Source of the DNA: Haliotis rubra | Taxonomy: Eukaryota | NCBI RefSeq assembly: GCF_003918875.1 | Contig: NW_025765607.1 | Coordinates: 1 to 64,000, forward strand | Direction of reading: 5' to 3' | DNA: 64,000 bases | In this document: one piece after another, positions 1 to 11,810 of the stretch | How positions within the stretch are numbered: the first letter of the stretch is position 1 | How the letters are laid out: each line of letters starts with the position of its first letter | The notes under the pieces: model-generated | Databases searched by the model: none | What the model saw: only the letters and a program-made list of their open reading frames with translations | What the model was told of the DNA's origin: nothing | Translations under genes and position numbers: made by a program

Positions 1-1
1 T

Positions 2-1906
2 AGATACCTGGGGAAGGGTGGTTTCCAGTCGGAATTGGTTGATTTGCACGGGTTTCACACCCTACTGTCTCCTGTGCAATTGGTACCACCGTAGACATCT
101 TGTCTAGGAAACTAGACCGTATACGTTTTCCTAAAGATGCAACCTCACAGCGGGAAGTCAAATAGGTGTTTCACGCACTTTCTGGCTATTTTCCCAATGT
201 GCTTGGCTGCATCGACGGTACTCTAATTGCAATCGTCCGTCCACAAGCATGCGAGGAGGCAGCGTATGTTTGCCGGAAGGGATTTCACGCTGTAAACATC
301 GAAGCCATATGCGACGGAGATCTAAGGTCAGTATGAAAGCACTCATAACTTTCTAAATCATACCTGCATACGTAAAACTGGATGGATACAACTCTACTGT
401 ACAATATTTACAGAGAGAACACAGTAATATTTTGATGCAAGCCAAATGCGGAAGTGATTACTTCACAATCTATAACCTTGACATTGAGTGATTAATTTGA
501 ATATCTATTTTTAGAATTTAAAGCCTGAGAGGCCCGTTTGAGGTGTCGCAGTTATTTTATTCTAATGAAAAACGTCTAAAAATTAAAACTGGAATTGTAC
601 ACTGTAATGTCATTGACCGAGTGCAAAGGATGTAAATGACATGTTCATGCATTATTGTTAACATAAAGAAATTAGTACACAATTAGAGATAGAGAGTGTA
701 CTATTCCTTACATGTATGGATTATAAATTATATATTGGAAAGGAAATTTTAAACTATGATACATACTGCATATACCCTGGAAATATATATTTTAGCATTA
801 GCATCACATAAATTGTTTTGTACTCCGGCAACACGATTTTCTCTTCTTGGTATGTTGGTAGAAATGTATGTTGTGTTATTACAGGTTCACCAATGTTGTA
901 TGCAGATGGCCAGGTGCAACACATGATAGCTACATCTTTAATAATAGTACAATTGAAGCTACCTTTAAGAGTCTGGAGGTAGAAATGGATGGTTGCTTGG
1001 AGATTCAGGGTAAATTTGATTATCATTTTGTAATAAAATAAGCTTAAAATGAGTGAAGTTTCATAAATAAAATATATGTACTTGATTATTCCATTTACTA
1101 AGAGTAAGAATACATCCAGTTTGAATTTGTGTTGTATTTACTAACATTGTCTTCATATTTCTCTTATAAATCATTTGCGTGTATATCTACAAAATCCTTC
1201 AGACATGCCTGCAGACCATGGATGGTCACCCCTGAGAAGCAACCCCAGACACAGGAGAGGAGAGATTTAACCGAGCGCTCTGTCAAAAAGGAACACAGTG
1301 GAAAGAGCTTTTGGCCTAATGAAGTCTCAGTTTCGGTTAGTTCGATTATCATAATGAAATTAATATTTCAGAATAAGCAAAATAAATAATTAAAAAATAT
1401 ATAATCTCAAGGTGTTAAACACAAAAATTAAAAGTTCATTTATATCAAAACTGAAGGCATGAATCTGTCATTTACTTACAAAGAATTAAACCATTTTGCA
1501 AAATGAAGTTTAAGATAAAGTATGAAAATATTGTAAAAATTATCCATATAGTTATTGTCTGATAGAGTAAGGAGACTATCTCTTTACAGACATAGCTCCA
1601 AAACCTATAAATGGAACTTTCAATCACTGAGGTATCGATAAATTGATATAGCTTTAACATGAATGTAGTAGGTTCTCTTTAATAATTAGATGCCTACACA
1701 AGTCAACGGGCTGCCTGCCTTTCAAACCAGACAAGTGTCATCGGCTCGTGTATGGTGTGTGCCAGCTACACAACCTGTGTATCAACCATCGCCTTCCACC
1801 CATGCCAGCCCTACCTGCAGAGGATGGCAATGACCAGCCATATGACGGTCCACTTAGAGATGGACACCAGACAAGGAAACGCTTGATAGAAAGCCCTTTC
1901 AACTAA
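2..1906 (+). pseudogene. HARBI1-like DDE transposase, 4 visible exons (~2-327, 885-1009, 1204-1336, 1690-1906), frameshifted
   Basis: Manual translation gives RYLGKGGFQSE..HG, FPNVLGCIDGTLIAI, YVCRKGFHAVNIEAICD, VVCRWPGATHDSYIF, LGDSG|Y(A)CRPWMVTP, LHNLCI: the DDE_Tnp_4 motifs. It contains stops and frameshifts. Confidence 0.9.
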
Positions 1907-3399
1907 CATATATGGTAAGTTTTTACAACAGTTCATTTGTTTTCCTTGTATATGTCAGCATGAAGAGAAATAAATAACCAATTTTTCGATAAAAATATAA
2001 TCTGTTAATGCATTTAACTATGGAAAATACACTAAGTACATACATCTTATGTTATGAATGTACACTGGTATTTTGATAAGGACTTGTTGTATTTGTAACA
2101 GGAACATTGCAAAGCATCATTAAATTGGTTCATTTTTCAAATTTCTGGGTTATCCTAAAGGCACCAACTTCAACTTCATATGTACATCAAATGAATGTGT
2201 AAATTTCATAACCAATTTCATCCAAAAAGTATTTCTTAAGTAAATTTAGTATCATTAAAATGTCAATATATATATATTTTTCAATCTTCTAAATAATTAA
2301 TTTCAAGGATATATTTCAGAATATGATAAGAGAATTCAATGCCATAACAATTTCACCATATGAATAATCAAAATACATTTTTACCTCACATACATTGCAA
2401 GTTTGTCAATTGCCAATATCCTGAATCATTGGAGCAATGTAAACTTAAATCTAGTAATCAATCATAACATTATTCTGCAGATGAGGAAAATAGGTCTTTA
2501 GGTGATAAATTTCATCAAAGACACCACTGAACCATCTATGGAATGTTTCAGTAAAATATTCAGTAAAATAACAGTTGATGTTTGAGATATGCATGGCATA
2601 AACAATGGGACGGATTGAGTGAAAAACAGTGTTAGGGACATGTATATCAACTCCTATGCAAGTGGTGGTACAATAAATAGATTCATTTTCACAAAAGCAT
2701 TATATCAGCAGACACATGGAAGTTTTATTCAGTATTTTAGCCGATATGACCTATTACAGTACACTTGTAGATGTTTTACACTGTACAGTATAGTTAAAAT
2801 AGAAATATACATACATAAATGAACTTATATTTGCAAAAATAATATTAGATTGATATTTCTTGAGTTTAATCAGTTTTCCATTAGTTGATATCTTTGTACA
2901 AAGTTGTGAACATAGAGAGGTATCTGTTTAAGAAAATTAAAACTTTACAAATGAAAAGTTCATGACACTCATCCTTGACATTGCTTTCATGACAATAATG
3001 ACATAAACTGAACTATTATTGTTATCATGTACATTTCTCTTCTAAGTTTTAAAAGACATGAAATTTTGGTAATGATATTTGTAATGTAACATATGTTTTA
3101 TTTGGGATTACTCTTCTTAGTGTATTAATGATATTTGTAAGGCTCAGAGAGCTCCTAAAGTCCTGTAGCTTGCAGTTAAGGTACATACCTTCTGTAACAA
3201 CAAATGATTTCATACAAATTATTAACAACCAATGGTACTTGATAATTTAACAGGACAACTCGAACAAGCTTGAACTACTCACATCCCCAACATATGACAA
3301 AATGGATTTATTTCACTTCATTGTTAGAATGTCTTAATAGCAAAGTATTGTATATACATTCAGAATTCAAATGTGATGATGGGTGAGATGCATATGGGA

Positions 3400-6161
3400 G
3401 TTACAGTCTGATCTGCCTGTTTTCTCATCAGCCGCAACCATTGAGTATTGGCTCTTGCAGGCGCTCTCTGTCGATCTGCAAGCGTTCCGCAAGATGGCCA
3501 CCTTCTCCCTCTCCTGCTGGACCACTTCAGCTGCCTGGGCTGCACTGTCTTCTAAAAACAAACGACAATCATGTCATATCCACAATAATTTTCAACAATT
3601 TCAGATACAAACATTGTTTTGTTTTTCCTTTTGTATTTTTTACTATAAAGGAACTTACTTGCAATCATCATTGATTGCATTGTACCTTGTAAAGTTGAAC
3701 TGGTATATCACATTGTTAATATATGAGACAATTTCATCTTTGAAAAACTTTTCATACAATCATTACGAAATATTACTCATTGACAGTACAAAGGTTAATA
3801 ATTACCATGAGTATGAACTTTTGTCTTTTGTTTCTTACTCCCAGGTCTCGAAACTACAAAGAAAATTCACAATATAATTGTTTTCAAGGATATATTGCAG
3901 AATTTGAATGTAATAACATTAAATTATTTTTTTGACTGCATCATATTATAAATGCAGTACGTATACATAATTCTTCCATTACTATAAGAAAATAGTATTG
4001 AACTGGAACTTGGAAATCTGAAGTTAAATCTTGGAATTTATTAAAATCTTAAGTATTTATAGACTAATAAACATTGTATTTGTCAAGAATGGACATATTT
4101 TCTATTTATTTTCATTTTAATACATTGCGTGACGTAGTAAGTGATATCACACTGAAAACACCAAATATTCTCTATATATTAGTCTGAGGTATATTGTCTA
4201 ATTTTGCACACCAAATCTAAACGAGATAAATCTATAATTATCATGATTTGCGATGTGATATTATTACCTATGTCTGGTGACAATTGGAACGATGCTGGTG
4301 GATCATGCGGTGTTGGTGGTGCTGCTTGTCGAGGTGGAGTGCAGGGCGAAAGGAGGATAGGTGATGTCCGGGCAGAGTCGACATTCAAATTGTTGCTGCT
4401 AGTTGAAGTCGAGGGAACAGCTGCATCAAACAACACACTGCCCAATCCTGAGAAGGCTGGAAATTAATGTTTTATATGTCAGAATACCTTTGCAAGTATA
4501 TTCTTTAACAAAAATGTATAAATTTATTTGGAATATTTAAAAAGTACATGACACTTAAACAAAGAGGTAAGTTACTGGTTTGCAAATATTTTAGGGCACA
4601 ACTTATCATTATGCAATTAATGCTATAGGCCCCCATACTGTCACTTATACAAAACATTAATTTCACACATTACTTGGTGATCACTTGTATATCATAAGTG
4701 TTTTATGATAACGGATGAATACCTGACAAGTCTTCACTATCCAGCCCCCCTGTGCAACCATTGATTTGTGCGGATGGAATGAGGGACACCACCTGTAAAA
4801 AATTAAATGAACTTTTCAGTAATTAAACAAAAGCATAAATTTGATTATACATAGACACATTGTTACAGGTGTGACAATGCAAAAATTTAACTTGAGACAT
4901 GTGCAGGTATACAGTACAAAAAAGTGACTGTACCATGATACTGAAAATATCATTGATTTATACATTCTCATATCAACAACATCCAGTAATAAACAAGTTT
5001 TTAAATTCATAATTTTATAATTTCATTACTTAAGTTTCCTCATACAAATATAGATTTATGCAATATACCTTATACTCAAAGTCACTCAGTGGAGATGGTG
5101 ATGGCCCTCCGCCTGTCTGGAATATAGCCTTCTTTAGGCTAGTGGCTTTCCTCCTTGTGTCACTCCTGTTACAGATTAAAGTACATTATATCAAATTATT
5201 TCCATCTTTAAGATCATTTACATTCAAATAACACTGACCTTGATAAATTCATTTCTTTGAAGAAAATTATCAGCCTGAAATTGAATTATTGTAAAACTAA
5301 ATATGTACATTTTCAATTTAAGTAGATTTTAAGGTTCTCAAAAAGATGTTATTTTAATAAATAAAATTATCCTTTTGGAAGTTAGTTCTTTGTTTCAGCT
5401 TGTTTGTCAAAGTTAAAGCCGCAGTATTGAAGGCATCCTTATAATATATTAGATAGGTTTACTGTTCTTGTTTAGTACATGAATATTATATTTTATGTAG
5501 TCTTACTTTAGAGTGGTCCATTTTTTTGACATCCTCTGATGAGCGGATAGAGGACCCGCAAGCACTGACTCTGAAAATATCAATAGGATTTGTGTACTTC
5601 ACTGCAGACATTCTAATCTTTTCTTTATCAGTTATGAAAACTTTAGTAGCATGTAATATACTGTTAAACAGTATAATTCATTATCAAAAGAATAGATTGA
5701 ATTCACATCAGTACTCAGAGCTCATGATAAAATATCTAATGTCTTTCTGAAATTCACTCATCAAAATATTGTGATCAATAACATTAGCCATTTCTGTGGG
5801 ATTGCTAAAAATATAATCAGATAAAGTTATTTTGAATTATTTTTCGAGAGGAGAAACATGCCTGTGAAAACAATAATTTTGACTAAAATGACCAACAGAG
5901 CCAATGAGTCCTACTTTGACATTGCATTGTTTACATTTACGAGCTGATCGCGATCAATAAATTGAATAATTAGATTCACCTGTTTGATATGTCCTTCCAA
6001 ATCTGTTGCTTCTTGCTGTTGGTAACAACGGATGAAAATGAGCTAAATAGAATAGACTTATGCTTCTCCACCTCATCAACTAAACAATCCATCTCGTTCC
6101 GAGTCCAGTTGACTTTTCTCGCTTTCTTTTCTGCGGTCGCCATCTCGCTTGAGCTTGACAT
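3400..6161 (-). pseudogene. Myb/SANT-like DNA-binding protein of the Harbinger element (multi-exon; 3' end uncertain)
   Basis: Exon ~6161-5979 MSSSSEMATAEKKARKVNWTRNEMDCLVDEVEKHKSILFSSFSSVVTNSKKQQIWKDISNR. Further GT/AG-bounded pieces lie at ~5569-5506 (IRSSEDVKK), 5166-5068 (AIFQTGGGPSP), 4793-4722, 4457-4268 and 3553-3400. Confidence 0.8.
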
Positions 6162-6782
6162 TTTGACGTCTGCTCGGGGATTTCCCAAAAAGCTGTGACG
6201 TCATATGGGAAATCCCTTCGCTTTTCTATCTCACCGACTGAAGAGCTCGCTATCCTAGCTAGGATCGGAAACTCAAGTTAGGACAGGGATAGGATCGTTT
6301 CGAGAATGGGTCTTATCTTAAAGTTAGGATGTCCTAACTTCTGTCCTAACTAGTTAGGATCTGTCTTAGCTGGGACACTTTCGAGAATAGGGGCCCTGGT
6401 ACTTATTTGTAACGTGCAATGTTAGCCATGCTGCAACAGATTAAATATCAGTTTAGGTTGCACGGGATTATGACGTGTGTTTTGTTGCACCATTATGGAC
6501 ACACCACCTTCCCAGTGTTTGATGATTAGCTATGTTAAGTATTATGTGAAAAAGAGTGAGACATCGGACAAAGGTTCTGAACGTTCATGATGTGCGATGT
6601 GAGAGATGGTATTCAGCAATTTATTAGCGCCAGCTATCTTGTCTTTACGGTTTTCCATAAGAAGGTCAAATCCGCCATTTTCTTTTTATGACGTTACATA
6701 GGTGTGACCTTTGTGTGACCTAATCGATTGTTGAACCCCACCCTCCTTCGGGAGTCCGGCCAAGGTGTGTGTGTCACCTTCA

Positions 6783-6858
6783 GGTTCACCTTAGTGGTCC
6801 GTGATTATTATTCAATTATCTTATGAGTGGTATGAGTTTGCCGACTCGAGTGTTCACA
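6783..6858 (+). repeat. Left arm of 76-bp inverted repeat
   Basis: GGTTCACCTTAGTGGTCCGTGATT...TATGAGTGGTATGAGTTTGCCGACTCGAGTGTTCACA is the reverse complement of 11427-11502 with about 2 mismatches. Confidence 0.95.
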
Positions 6859-6970
6859 CGAGAAACATGTGTTCCTTCTGTAACCCTAGTGACTACAGTC
6901 GTTGGGTGTAATACCATTCTTGGTTTAGACACTGTACTGTGCGGACGTATTACCACTGCTCTGGGATATC

Positions 6971-7318
6971 ATGGATGTGTGTGGACATTACCCAATCGAC
7001 AAGACACTCGATTGCTGTGCAATCAGTACTGCATGGGCTTCATTCCAGAAAAGATTTGATTCGTTTAAGGACTGGTCAGTGCAGATGAAACCGAGTCCTA
7101 GTCGCATGGCCCAGGCAGGATTTGTGTACTTAATCAGAGGGGACACTTGCAAGTGTTTTCAATGTGAGCTCGTTCTCAAGAACTGGGAAGTAGATGGCGA
7201 TCCCTGGGTCGAACATGAAAAATGGTCTCCAGACTGTCCGTATTTGGCCCTGGTGGGAGTACCTCAGAAACATATGGCCCGCTGGGGTAGTCATGTGGAT
7301 TTGCAACCAAGAGAGTGA
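6971..7318 (+). CDS. Single-BIR-domain (IAP-like) protein, 115 aa, intronless
   Basis: RFDSFKDW...MAQAGFVY..GDTCKCFQC-x16-H-x6-C (CPYL): a complete BIR zinc-ligand pattern. No RING. AATAAA follows at ~7340. Confidence 0.85.
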   Translation: MDVCGHYPIDKTLDCCAISTAWASFQKRFDSFKDWSVQMKPSPSRMAQAGFVYLIRGDTCKCFQCELVLKNWEVDGDPWVEHEKWSPDCPYLALVGVPQKHMARWGSHVDLQPRE

Positions 7319-7479
7319 TGTAAAATGTGTGAATATTAGAAATAAATCAATGTTAAGAGTATATCTATGCATTGGTTGTCTATGTATAGTCTTTTGTTGA
7401 TGTATAAATAGAGGTTTACTCAAATACTAATCTCATTGATATCCCAATCACGATAAGAGCTTGTTTGCAAGAAATTATT

Positions 7480-7863
7480 ATGGCTAGGTACGTGTTGAAA
7501 CATTACGAATTTTTAAGGTTCATGTTAATGTTTCAAGACATTGAGGAGATTCGACAAGACATCTTAGAAATGAACAGCAAACAGATTCTTGCCGTCAATG
7601 GTATTATCAAAAGGTTATTAAAGGGAAGGTTACCAGTGACTCGATATGAAAGGCGTCGTGTCCTGTGGAAAAATGATAGAAATAACTATCTAGCTGTGTT
7701 ACGAAGATTAGTTCACCCCCTTTGGACGACAGACAGTATGTGGAAGAGTCTTTTTGCCAGTAACATGCCTATCGTAGCATTTGTTTTGAAACCACAGTTT
7801 GTCAATGCACTTAGAGATGAGGCCATTCAAAATGCCTGGTTGTTTGATAGAGCATTGGCTTAG
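7480..7863 (+). CDS. Small basic helical protein resembling the conserved Maverick ORF found near the ATPase
   Basis: Open ORF from ATG 7480: KHYEFLRF...KQILAVNGIIKRLLKGRLPVTRYERRRV. The resemblance to Maverick small proteins (N-x-L-K-G-x-[VL]-P-[LV]-[TS] pattern) is from memory only. Confidence 0.5.
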   Translation: MARYVLKHYEFLRFMLMFQDIEEIRQDILEMNSKQILAVNGIIKRLLKGRLPVTRYERRRVLWKNDRNNYLAVLRRLVHPLWTTDSMWKSLFASNMPIVAFVLKPQFVNALRDEAIQNAWLFDRALA

Positions 7864-7989
7864 TACATCTGGTACACCCGTCTTAGGTTTGTCAATCCGG
7901 GAAAAGAGCATGTATGACCATCCTGGCAGCGATGTTGAAAGCTACACCAAGCCCAAGGTCAATGAAGATATCTAAATAACAGGCCACAA

Positions 7990-8317
7990 GGGCTATCTAA
8001 CTTCATTTAGCCGTGGACAGTGGACACGATTTTACATGCTCAGGGCTGAAGGGAAAGGAGATCCTTATCATTCTATAATGCGTTGAGGAGAAAAATCTCC
8101 CATAATGTCTGTCGATCGATATTTGGAACTGTATGATCCAGAGTGGAAGAAAGATAAACCAAAAGAAACCTCAGTACAACCTAAGATTAATTTCGTTACC
8201 CCTACTCAACAAGTGGTCGAACAAACCAAGGCTCTTATTCAGATGCAGAAGAAAGGGGGATCTAAAGTTGGAAGTTCCTATCAGATTCCCATGAAGAAAT
8301 GGAAGACGACTTTTTAG
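7990..8317 (+). pseudogene. Small Maverick-like ORF with internal stop (ORF track shows only 8105-8317)
   Basis: In-frame WTRFYMLRAEGK...*...QPKINFVTPTQQVVEQTKALIQ. It resembles a small ORF recalled from invertebrate Mavericks; unverified. Confidence 0.4.
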
Positions 8318-8367
8318 ATAAAAGCAGTCAGTAGACATGGTTCCCTGCCATTTAGACTCGGACCACC

Positions 8368-10049
8368 ATGCAGTCAACAACGTGTCCCGTGTGCTACCAG
8401 ACTTTTTCCAGGACAGACAATATGTTGAGACATAGAAGACAGAAACATAACAACTCCCTCCTCCTCCTCCTCCTCCACAACCACATCAACAACTCTCTCC
8501 TCCTCCTCAACCACCATCACCACCACCACCACAAGCATCACCTCCACCTCATGGACCTCCTCTTTCATTAATGCAAACTTGGCAACATCATCATCAGCAT
8601 CAGCAACTACAGCAGCAGCAACCAGTGCAACCACATTCACCAGAAAGTACTACCCAGTCATTGGAAGAATCAAGGCTGCAACGTCCATTCACCATGATCG
8701 TCTCAGGGCCCACCTCCTGTGGGAAAACCTACTTAGTGAAACAGCTTCTAGAAAGAATGAACATTAAACCTTATCCTGAACGTATTATATGGCTCTACAA
8801 ACGATGGCAGCCATTATAATGCCATTCAAACCCATGTTTATCCCTATGAAATTTCATCAAGGCATTCCTTCTGATCTCGAAAAGGATGCATTTCTGGACC
8901 CCAGTGTTGTGAACGTGGTTATCCTCGATGACTTAATGTCTACTGCCAGCAAAGATCCACGCATTACAGATTTTTTTTACCGAAGGAAGTCATCATCGTA
9001 ATCTCTCAGTGATATCCTTGAACCAGAATTTCTATTACAGTAAGGATCCCACACAACGAAGAAACTGTCATTATCTGCTTCTGTTCAACAACCCTATTGA
9101 CCAACAACCCATCATGACTTTGGCGAGGCAAATGTTTCCAGGTAACACAGACCACTTCATGGAGCCATTTCAAAGGGCCACCCAGAAGCCTTATGGCTAC
9201 TTGTTGGTAGATCAAAAACCCCAAACACCTCCCCATTTGCGACTTTGTCCCAACGTATTTAATTTAAAAGGAGGCCTCCAAGCTAGGACAATTCAGTCCG
9301 AGTTAGACGTTCAGAGTGAGCAGATGTGTGAAGAAAACCTCCCAACAATGCCATCTTGTGATGACTGTGGACTCGTGTTTCAAGACGTGCATGATTTGCA
9401 AAAACACAGAAGAAACTGGTGTCCTGAAAAGTCTTCAGTGGGTCCACCTGGAATACCCTAAGTGAAAAGGAAGTGGGAGGAAGACGACAACTTCTCTCTT
9501 GTGAAGAGACCATGTCCTCTGTCAGATTGTGACTATTGTGGTCACTTGTTTAGCAATAACCACAACTTACAAAGACATTTACACGATAAACAATGTCCTG
9601 AAATGGAAACTGATGAGGATGATGAATCGTTAAAAGATGTCACACATGGCAACAGGAAAAATAACATAGTTGATCTCGAGGAGCAAGGTATAAAACGAAT
9701 GTATTCACGGACGTGTGAGGTAAATAAAGACTTTTCGGATGAGAAACGACAGCTGTACATGAAAAGAAGTATAAACAAAGACATGATTCAAGCCAAACTG
9801 AAGAAATTCATCTGGAGCACGTTTAAAGAGACGTATGCCCGATTTATTACTTATCTGTACCATATGTAGTATGGACCAAAGACACAAGGAATACTGAAAC
9901 GAGTAAAAGATACAAATGATATGTATCATGACGTGTTTTCCAAACTGTACCAATATAAATCTTGGGTAGAAGACTTAATTGATGATGATTATGAAGACAT
10001 GACATCTGATGTAGAGAGTGAAGGGCCGGACGTTGAGGAAGGGCAATAA
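8368..10049 (+). pseudogene. C2H2 ZnF / Pro-Gln linker / A32-like packaging ATPase / two zinc fingers / acidic tail fusion, broken by ~3 frameshifts and 2 stops
   Basis: CPVCYQTFSRTDNMLRHRRQKH; Walker A PFTMIVSGPTSCGKT; Walker B VVILDDLM; FTEGSHHRNLSVISLNQN; LARQMFPG; KPYGYLLVD. These are the characteristic motifs of the Polinton ATPase. Then CDDCGLVF..DLQKHRRNWC and CDYCGHLF..NLQRHLHDKQC. TAA at 10047-10049, AATAAA at ~10125. Confidence 0.85.
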
Positions 10050-11426
10050 TACAATTAGCACAACAGGTAAAGTAGACATTTGGGTGAGCTCCTATCCTAA
10101 AGCCTACTCATTTGAAACTGAGCTAATAAACAATGAAATCTGTATATCTTTCTTGTTTTTAAATGTATTGTACCCATGAAGGTCTAGGCTACCCTTCAGT
10201 AACCCATGCTTGTCGTAAAAGGCGACTAACGGCATGTGAGTAACCTATGTGTCACATGATGTCAAATAAGTGTCATAAACATGGACATAAGATGGGTGTT
10301 TTTCATGTTTGCAATTTGAGAGTAAAAGTTTTAAAATGTTGAGTAAAAGTGAAAGTTTTACAGGAGAACACATATTTCTTATTCAGTATTATATATGACA
10401 AATGCTAAATCATTTCATCGCTGTACAACCAAACTACTTGAGATATTCAGTGACCATCTGTCCTGAACTGCTTACTATTTACTGTCAATAATTCCGGTCA
10501 GACACTTGTCTCCTTACATAATGGAAGCTGACCACTTGTCAGCATACATTCAACATCACATTGAAAATTATCCATGCCATGTACTCATGATTACAGTCTG
10601 ACCTTTAAACAGCGGAAGCTGACCGTTTGTGACCACGCTGAAAATAATCAACAACCATGCACACATGATTACAGTCTGACCTTTAACTTACAATAAAACA
10701 ATTTCTGGTCAACTTGAACCGGATAACTTTGCGAGCACAGGAAGCTAACACATCAACCCTCCCAGGTCCGCACCAACTGTCACCTACTTGAACATAATTT
10801 GTACACGCATAATTGATACAAATGACAGCATTAAATACTTAAAAATGGTGGTCAGTTTTAATGACTGGATGCTGGTGCTTTTAACAAACATAACACCTTA
10901 CACTTTTTCATCCAATCACAGCTGTCACATGTCTCTTCAGAGACGGCTCAGTGAGCAAGCGATTCTGCTATGCAAAATAGCATAGTGTTATGTATTAATG
11001 CCTATAGACAGGGCCCCATTCACGCATATACAGGTTCACGTGAAATTTAAAAGCTACAACCGTTTATTGTTGACAGATATGTAAAATACTTGTTCCTTGT
11101 TTGACAGCTTATTTTAAACTGGCTAGTGATTTAACAAAATGCGCTGTGATATTTTGACCTTATAAATAGCAGCTAAATTCCCCCTCATTGTGTGATATTA
11201 ATTCTACTTTGAATACCTATGCTTATTCTGTCTCACTGTCCCTGAACCACATTATTTTCCCTCCTTCCACATGCCCTCTCTGCAGTGCTAAAACCCTAAA
11301 TAAAACAAGTCTAGATTTCCTCAGGTTCTGAATCTCTGGGGTCCTTAGGGATCCTTTTCAATTTAAACGGGCTTGTTGGTTATTATCAAAATTATATATA
11401 CTCAGAGACTAAGCATTAGTTTGTCC

Positions 11427-11502
11427 TGTGAACACTCGAGTCGGCAAACTCATACCACTCATAAGATAATTGAATAGAAATCACGGACCACTAAGGTGAA
11501 CC
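11427..11502 (-). repeat. Right arm of 76-bp inverted repeat
   Basis: Reverse complement of 6783-6858; followed by a C-rich run. Confidence 0.95.
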
Positions 11503-11520
11503 ACCCCAACCCCCCAACCC

Positions 11521-11810
11521 CATACAACAGCTAGATCACATCGTGCACGTGCCTTTGGACACTTCTTCCGACAAGAGGCGGTAGCAAATCTACCTTGGCC
11601 TTCGTGTAGTCCAGATCTCAAGACATAGATAAATGCTTGGGACATTATGGGTCGTGGTTTACGCCACAGAGATCCCCCAGTACAAGGAATAAACATATTG
11701 GAACAAGTCCTCCATCAAGAATAGAACACACAACATCGCATCTTCTGATAGTCACTGCTTGGAATTATTGCAATTTTCGGAGGTGACGGATGTTACACCA
11801 GATATTGACA
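11521..11810 (+). mobile_element. Tc1/mariner transposase C-terminal remnant
   Basis: ARSHRARA..FFRQEAVANLPWPSCSPDLKT*INAWDIMGRGLRHRDPPVQ..LEQVLHQE* ... YTRY*, matching the Tc1 NARPH / WPxxSPDLNPIE / GGxTxY motifs. Confidence 0.85.

Larger units (their letters stand above)
1..6395. mobile_element. PIF/Harbinger DNA transposon (left end outside window), degenerate
   Basis: Convergent transposase (+) and Myb/SANT (-) genes, the standard two-gene Harbinger layout. The right end has subterminal TAGGA/TCCTA repeats (6250-6370) and ends TTCGAGAATAGGGGCC at 6395, followed by CTG (CWG-type target site). Confidence 0.85.
6783..11502. mobile_element. Degenerate, internally deleted Polinton/Maverick-like (endogenous dsDNA virus) element
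   Basis: Intronless, co-oriented ORF array with an A32/FtsK-type packaging ATPase, small Maverick-like ORFs and a BIR ORF. Bounded by an inverted repeat at 6783-6858 / 11427-11502. No pPolB, integrase, protease or capsid gene is visible. Confidence 0.7.

Noticed and set aside
1-1906. Domesticated HARBI1 host gene
   Set aside because: Frameshifts and stops, a paired Myb/SANT gene and a terminal repeat indicate a decayed transposon.
8455-8640. Poly-Leu/poly-His and poly-Val/Glu ORFs
   Set aside because: Wrong-frame or antisense readings of the Pro/Gln linker of the frameshifted ZnF-ATPase gene.
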